A stretch of 64,000 bases of DNA from a virus, in IMG/VR virus record IMGVR_UViG_3300020180_000016, positions 17,758 to 81,757 of that record. One strand, written 5' to 3'. Below the pieces are notes generated by a model, which was not told the DNA's origin, searched no databases, and saw nothing but the letters and a program-made list of their open reading frames with translations. The position numbers and the translations under genes were made by a program. Positions 58,613 through 64,000 of this stretch are shown here, in pieces. How positions within the stretch are numbered: the first letter of the stretch is position 1; each line of letters opens with the position of its first letter.

Positions 58613-58858
58613 ATGTCACAGCGTAAGTTTTGTGCAACCTGCCAAGGTCAAGGGGTGGATGAGACAATGCCCGGAACTCTTGTGGCCTGTCCAGACTGCT
58701 GCGGTCTTGAGCGGCTCGTGTCCATCAACATCCGATGCGTGCCGGAGAATAGTCGACGAGCTCTTCGTCGACGATGTCTGGATGCTGGGATTACGATGGA
58801 GGCGGCTCTCGTGAAAATCATCCAGCAGGTTGCCAACGACTCGATTTCAATCCTATAA
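58613..58858 (+). CDS. Zinc-finger plus ribbon-helix-helix-like small protein
   Basis: CATCQG..CPDCCG followed by SINIRCVP..helix-helix. Confidence 0.5.
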   Translation: MSQRKFCATCQGQGVDETMPGTLVACPDCCGLERLVSINIRCVPENSRRALRRRCLDAGITMEAALVKIIQQVANDSISIL

Positions 58859-58865
58859 GAGAAGA

Positions 58866-60602
58866 ATGGGTAGCATGGACATCCGAATCACAAAATCGCT
58901 CTGGGACGGCTACGGCGATATCTTCGAGGAGCTCTTTCCGTCTCTGGTAGACGTTCGATGGGACTACCGAGATGACGTCGTGCAGAGCATCCGGCCTGTG
59001 AAGAATGAAGCCCTGCTCAAGCTCGCGGAGGAGCTGGAGAGTGGCCCGAATATTCGCGGGTGTAAGACGATGGCTCGCGACATCAAGACGTGGGTCGCCG
59101 CCGTGAGTGATGGTGGGAACATCGCTCTCGTGCGGGCCCGGAATGTCCGCCAGGGATTCAACCTGGTGGTCGAGCGTCTGGCTCGACTTCCGAATCACCA
59201 CGTCTACGAACGTCGGCAGGAAGACGAGGAAGGTGTCCTGCTGCCGTACTATGTCGACAAGGTTGAGTTTCACGAGGCGAATCGAGATCACACACCGGCT
59301 CACTTCGACATCCGATACGTCTATTTCCATTTTGGCCAGATCTGTGCCACGTCGAAAACCTACTGGGCGGAAGACTGTCAAGGGCTGACCGCAGATGAGA
59401 TTTTGCTTGGTCAAGGCAATCTCGTCGAAACTGAAGTCATCCGTCAAGGATTTCAGGAGACGTTGACTCGATGGGCCGAGGTAAAGAACGGAGTAGGTGA
59501 CCAGTATCTTGCTCGTGGGTTGGCTGATGATCGCGGAATCGACGGTAATGAGTCGGAGAGAGACGATTGGTGGTTTTCTTGGAAGAAGACTCAAGTCCGG
59601 CTCGACAAGGATGGCCGGCCGAGTAAGGTGGTCGTCGACGTGTTCCAGGAAACCGCCAACAAAGATTCGAAATCGGATGCCCATGTCAGCACCTACTTCT
59701 GGGCGACGTACAAGAAGAGGGGCAGGACTGAAGATTACGAGGATGGTGACGAATCACTGGACGAAGACCAGCCGCGGCGACCTACCATTCCCGTTCATCC
59801 CTACGTCGCCTGCTTTGACCTAACCAAGCACAAGCGGCTTCGGATTCACATCGACAATCTCAGCTCGTATGAGTACAACACCAAGATCCTCGAGAAGCTC
59901 GTTCTGCCGGAGAGCCATTCTCGGCTGATTGACACCTTGCTGGAAGACGGTAGTGGTCAATTTTCGGATGTGGTGGCTGGTAAGACCGGCGGCATCATCG
60001 TTCTGTGTCAAGGTATCCCCGGCACAGGCAAGACGCTGACCGCCGAGATCTACGCCGAAGCCTTGCGGAAGCCTCTGTACACAATCCAATGTAGCCAACT
60101 GGGTGTTGAATCCAAGAACTTGGAAAGCAACTTGATGAAGGTGCTGGCTCGCGGACGTCGATGGGGTGCTGTGGTACTGCTCGACGAGGCCGATGTGTAC
60201 GTCCATCAGCGTGGGTCGAATCTTATCCAGAACGCGATCGTGGGTGTGTTCCTTCGTGTCCTCGAGTACCACACCGGAGTTCTGTTCCTCACCACCAATC
60301 GAGGTGATTTGGTGGACGACGCCATCCTGTCACGTTGCACAGCTCGCATCCCGTATGACATTCCGTCTGTTGAAGATCAACGTCGGATCTGGCTCGGTTT
60401 GGCCGATTCGAACAATGTGGCTCTTGGTGTGCTGCAACTGGACGAGATCATGGACGTCCATGATAACCTGTCTGGCCGGGATATCAAGAATCTGTTGAAG
60501 CTGGCGATGCTGGTATCCCGATCGACTGGTCGATCGATCGATGCAGACCTGATTACCGAGATGCAGATGTTTAAGCCGACCGGTCAACAGAGACCTGGCT
60601 AA
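58866..60602 (+). CDS. AAA+ ATPase
   Basis: GIPGTGKT, LLDEAD, LTTNR, D.AILSR. Confidence 0.9.
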   Translation: MGSMDIRITKSLWDGYGDIFEELFPSLVDVRWDYRDDVVQSIRPVKNEALLKLAEELESGPNIRGCKTMARDIKTWVAAVSDGGNIALVRARNVRQGFNLVVERLARLPNHHVYERRQEDEEGVLLPYYVDKVEFHEANRDHTPAHFDIRYVYFHFGQICATSKTYWAEDCQGLTADEILLGQGNLVETEVIRQGFQETLTRWAEVKNGVGDQYLARGLADDRGIDGNESERDDWWFSWKKTQVRLDKDGRPSKVVVDVFQETANKDSKSDAHVSTYFWATYKKRGRTEDYEDGDESLDEDQPRRPTIPVHPYVACFDLTKHKRLRIHIDNLSSYEYNTKILEKLVLPESHSRLIDTLLEDGSGQFSDVVAGKTGGIIVLCQGIPGTGKTLTAEIYAEALRKPLYTIQCSQLGVESKNLESNLMKVLARGRRWGAVVLLDEADVYVHQRGSNLIQNAIVGVFLRVLEYHTGVLFLTTNRGDLVDDAILSRCTARIPYDIPSVEDQRRIWLGLADSNNVALGVLQLDEIMDVHDNLSGRDIKNLLKLAMLVSRSTGRSIDADLITEMQMFKPTGQQRPG

Positions 60603-60617
60603 AGTGGCACCTAAGAA

Positions 60618-61499
60618 ATGAATATCGCCGACCTTCTCCAGCAGCATGGAGTCCAGACAGCCAGCAGTTCACACCATCACGTCCGTCATGGATGGATAGG
60701 TGTGGACTGTCCACGGTGCTCTCCTGGGTCGCTTCGCTATCGTCTGGGCTTTGACACCACCTCAGGCCGAGCGAATTGCTGGGTGTGTGGTCGGGTGGCT
60801 GACCCGGTTGCCGTGTTGGCTGATCTCTGCGGGTTGCCTTACCGTGCCGTGGTAGCTGTAATGGGCCGCAGTGTGCAGCCCCGCACGCAGGCCCCACCGC
60901 ATAGCGGTACATTTAAGCCACCTCTTGGGTGTGGTGCATTGCTACCAGCACACCGGCAATATCTGATGCGGAGAGGATTGGACCCAGACGCGATTGAGCG
61001 TATCTGGGAAATCCAAGGGATTGGGATTGCTGGCAATCTGGCCTGGCGAATCTTCATCCCGATTTTCGACGCCGACGGTGAGCCGGTTTCGTGGACGACC
61101 CGAGCGTTGGTAGACGATGGCGGTCTACGATATGTGTCTGCCCAGAGCGAGCAGGAAGCGATTCCGCACAAGAACATCATCTACGGTGCCCATCTGGCCC
61201 AGCACGCGATTGTCGTGGTGGAGGGTCCTCTGGATGCGTGGGCTGGTGGGCCGGGCTTCTGTGCGACGTGCGGTGTTGGATTAACGGAAAAGCAGATACT
61301 GGCGGTCAGTCGGTATCCTGTGCGGGCTATTTGCCTGGACGCTGAGCCGGATGCCCAACGACGAGCTCGTGAGATCTGCCGCAAGCTGGCGCCGTTTCCG
61401 GGATCGACGGAGAACATCGTCCTTGAGTCGGGCAAAGACGCCGTGCGGGCCGATCCGCAGGAGATCGACGAGATCCGCCGCACGTATCTCAGCATCTGA
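60618..61499 (+). CDS. DNA primase (Zn finger + TOPRIM)
   Basis: CPRC..CWVCG, YL.RRG, VVEGPLD, CLD.EPD, KD. Confidence 0.85.
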   Translation: MNIADLLQQHGVQTASSSHHHVRHGWIGVDCPRCSPGSLRYRLGFDTTSGRANCWVCGRVADPVAVLADLCGLPYRAVVAVMGRSVQPRTQAPPHSGTFKPPLGCGALLPAHRQYLMRRGLDPDAIERIWEIQGIGIAGNLAWRIFIPIFDADGEPVSWTTRALVDDGGLRYVSAQSEQEAIPHKNIIYGAHLAQHAIVVVEGPLDAWAGGPGFCATCGVGLTEKQILAVSRYPVRAICLDAEPDAQRRAREICRKLAPFPGSTENIVLESGKDAVRADPQEIDEIRRTYLSI

Positions 61500-61583
61500 A
61501 AATATCTCCACAATCGAAACAATCCAGGTTGCAATAATCCACGGTGCGTCGCACTATTGGTCATGTAACAAATGTTACATGAC
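61499..61583 (+). promoter_or_regulatory. Promoter repeat copy B with palindromic operator
   Basis: 61499-61540 identical to 63907-63948; GTCATGTAACA-AA-TGTTACATGAC at 61560-61583. Confidence 0.75.
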
Positions 61584-61609
61584 TGAACGAGACACTTGGA
61601 GACACAGCC

Positions 61610-62644
61610 GTGCAGTTTTTCACGTTGCAGACGACCCGAGATCACCTCAAGGATTACGTCGACGAAATGTATCGCCAAGGTCGTCGACCGCATACGGTGA
61701 GCAAAGCTCACGAGCGGGTCAAGACCATGGATTATCGTTCTTATTATCGGTACCTGCTTGAGAACAACAGCAACCACGAAGTCTGTGTAGGTTTGGAATC
61801 GGAACTGCGATATCTCGATACAGGAAAGCCGTATTACAAAGTCTACCCGGCAATGGCCAGCATGATGTCGGATGTCTCGATCGACATTCCTGTGCAGGCA
61901 ATTCCATTTCCGTATGAGGCCTTTGCGATCTTGCTCGCAGACGATCCGGCAAACGATATCCGCGACGAAGGCGGTCCTCTGCTGAAGTGGGCTCTGGTAT
62001 ACAAATTCAAGACGTACCGGATTGACGATGTCAATTTCAGTATGAGTCCAAGATATCCAGGGCATCTGGCATCCGAGGCCTTGCACGTGAATTTCGAGTT
62101 TAACCAACGACGACCCGATTACGAGCCGATGCAGTTCCACAATGTCATTCCTCTGGACGTGACTCAGTCCGTCGCAAGCCTGATGGATGAGGACTGGAAA
62201 GGCTTTGCGACGGAGTACCCGAACGAGTACCTGCCCACGGAAACTCTCTACAAGCGAATGATGAGCTTGGTGATTGCGACGTGCTTCTTTGGGGTGGACC
62301 GACATGAGGTGGTGCTGCCCGACTTGCCGAGAAAGAAGCTGGATGCCAAGATCCGCACTCACGGCGAGGCTGCTATGGGTAAGATTCGTGAGGAACGTGC
62401 AGACGGCCGGAAGTGGACGATCGGTCGCGAAATCACGCTACCTAAGCCGATCGCCGCAGCCGTCGATCACACGTCGGTTGCTGGGAGATCTCTGTCACAT
62501 CGTTACGTCCGCCGTGGGCATATGCGGTACCAAGCCGTGGGTGAGGGTCGCACGAAACGGAAGTTGATATTCGTGCATCCTCATATGTGCGGCGATTCGT
62601 CGTTGCCGCTCAAGCAGCATGGTTTCCGGATTTCGGGAGAATAA
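61610..62644 (+). CDS. Hypothetical protein
   Basis: 344-aa ORF; C-terminal RRGH.R....G.GR motif common in phage proteins. Confidence 0.65.
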   Translation: MQFFTLQTTRDHLKDYVDEMYRQGRRPHTVSKAHERVKTMDYRSYYRYLLENNSNHEVCVGLESELRYLDTGKPYYKVYPAMASMMSDVSIDIPVQAIPFPYEAFAILLADDPANDIRDEGGPLLKWALVYKFKTYRIDDVNFSMSPRYPGHLASEALHVNFEFNQRRPDYEPMQFHNVIPLDVTQSVASLMDEDWKGFATEYPNEYLPTETLYKRMMSLVIATCFFGVDRHEVVLPDLPRKKLDAKIRTHGEAAMGKIREERADGRKWTIGREITLPKPIAAAVDHTSVAGRSLSHRYVRRGHMRYQAVGEGRTKRKLIFVHPHMCGDSSLPLKQHGFRISGE

Positions 62645-62810
62645 TTGATGGCCAAGAATCCTGAGTTGGTTGTTCTGTACCAGCAAATGGCAGATTTGCT
62701 GGAATGATTCTCCAATTTGCCAAAGTAACCGACAAAAAACCGTTTCGGCTGTCGTACAATTTGGCGATCGGCTTAGGTAGCACCAAACCAACAGAACAAG
62801 GAACACGAGA

Positions 62811-63824
62811 ATGGGACACGAGATCACCAAGACGGACGCAGTGGTATTGAAAGATGAGTCGGCTTGGCATGGACTGGGAATGGTCATCGACCAGGCCCTC
62901 ACTCCCCGCGAAGCGGCGAAGATCGTTTTCCCGTGGACTGTGATCCAAAAGCCGCTCACCTACAAATTCAACGATCGGACGGTCGTCGTCGACGCCGCCA
63001 AGATCAACGTCCGCAGCGACAACGGAGCCCAGCTCGGGTTGGTGGGTGACAACTATCAGGTCGTCCAGCCGTTCGAGATCGCCGATTTCTGCGAAGCGAT
63101 TGCGAAGGAAGACGAGAAGGTCACGATCGAGACGGCCGGCAGTATCCGTGGTGGTAAACGAATTTGGTACCTGTGCAAGACCGAGGCCTTCGAGATCGGC
63201 GACGCCGGTGACGCGATCGTGCCGTACCTCGCAGTGAGCAACGGTTTCGATGGTGGTAGCAGCCTGCGGATCACACCGACGACGATCCGCGTGGTGTGCA
63301 GTAACACCTTGCACATGGTGATCCCGACTGATGAAAAGACGTTGAAAGAATCTGCCTTCGTGCTCCGGCACACGAGCAATTTGAAGGATCGGATCGCTGA
63401 CGTGAAGCAGGCCCTCAAGACATACGCCAAGACGACTGAGGGGATGAAGAAGGTGATGTCGGCGATGTCCAAGGTCGAGGTTAATCAGGCCGACCTGGAA
63501 AAGTTCTTCTTCGACTGCTACCAGGTCGCGATCGACCCGATCCCGGAAAACCCGGTGACCAAGGTAGACATGAACAAGCGGGCCCGAGCCATGTCCGCGT
63601 TCCAGAGTTTCAGCAAGCGGTTTGACGATGAGTCAACGGTTGCTGGTACGTCGGCCTGGAATATGTTCAACGCCTTCTCCGGGCTCGTTCAGCACGACCG
63701 CAAGGCCCGCGGCACAGACGACACGGACCGGGTCGAGAAGAAGGCTGCTGACAACCTGTTCGGGCTTGCCCAGAAGCGGACCCAGACCGCTTTGCGGATG
63801 GCTTGGAAAATGGCGGTGGTCTGA
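62811..63824 (+). CDS. DUF932 (phage/plasmid-like TIGR03299) protein
   Basis: AWHGLG, ETAGSIRGGK, NGFDG, RVVCSNT, RHT. Confidence 0.9.
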   Translation: MGHEITKTDAVVLKDESAWHGLGMVIDQALTPREAAKIVFPWTVIQKPLTYKFNDRTVVVDAAKINVRSDNGAQLGLVGDNYQVVQPFEIADFCEAIAKEDEKVTIETAGSIRGGKRIWYLCKTEAFEIGDAGDAIVPYLAVSNGFDGGSSLRITPTTIRVVCSNTLHMVIPTDEKTLKESAFVLRHTSNLKDRIADVKQALKTYAKTTEGMKKVMSAMSKVEVNQADLEKFFFDCYQVAIDPIPENPVTKVDMNKRARAMSAFQSFSKRFDDESTVAGTSAWNMFNAFSGLVQHDRKARGTDDTDRVEKKAADNLFGLAQKRTQTALRMAWKMAVV

Positions 63825-63840
63825 GAATCAGATGTCGGAT

Positions 63841-63868
63841 GGGATTGGGCTTCCGTGTCCAATCCCTT
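63841..63868 (+). terminator. Hairpin after the DUF932 gene
   Basis: GGGATTGG/CCAATCCC stem; short U-tract. Confidence 0.45.
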
Positions 63869-63877
63869 GCTGCCCGC

Positions 63878-63989
63878 CACCTTCCACGTCATCGTCGAAT
63901 TCTTCCAAAATATCTCCACAATCGAAACAATCCAGGTTGCAATAATCCCGATCTTGTCGTATAGTGTTGTGAATGTAACGTATGTAACA
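63878..63989 (+). promoter_or_regulatory. Repeated sigma70-type promoter, copy C
   Basis: TTGCAA(63937)-17 bp-TATAGT(63960). Confidence 0.8.
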
Positions 63990-64000
63990 AACATTTGAAA

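Noticed and set aside
233-63994. Many minus-strand ORFs (e.g. 9685-10599, 58818-59684, 61181-62362)
   Set aside because: Shadows of well-supported + strand genes; no motifs or RBS
1-64000. tRNA, rRNA, integrase, transposase and cas genes
   Set aside because: None recognised by eye; tRNAscan-SE and HMM scans were not run, and the genome extends beyond the window

Overview
A 64-kb segment of a tailed dsDNA phage with siphovirus-like gene content; essentially all credible genes lie on the + strand. The host is inferred to be a planctomycete (csrA, an SHD1-domain secreted protein, a papain-like protease/thioredoxin module, captured GC-rich DNA). Gene order: recombination and nucleotide metabolism (RecA-like, CsrA, 5'-3' exonuclease, RuvC-like, split SbcC plus SbcD, ThyX, Nudix; 1-9 kb); a patchwork of captured, partly deleted defence/TA-island DNA (2.2-3.1 and 10.2-12.4 kb); terminase; a Cas-less type I-B/Myxan-like CRISPR mini-array (16.5-16.7 kb); holin and secreted proteins; head and tail genes including a MuF protein fused to kinase-like and ADP-ribosyltransferase domains; a glycosyltransferase/methyltransferase cassette directly after the tail genes (48-55 kb); and an early/replication region with repeated sigma70-type promoters (55-64 kb). 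Best candidates for undescribed biology: (i) poly-serine structural proteins paired with a Maf-like glycosylation cassette; (ii) the CRISPR repeat/handle-mimic locus; (iii) a stripped-down captured defence cassette; (iv) the MuF kinase-ART effector; (v) a GAGAAGAA leader before 11 start codons. All family assignments come from motif recognition by eye; no database searches were run.
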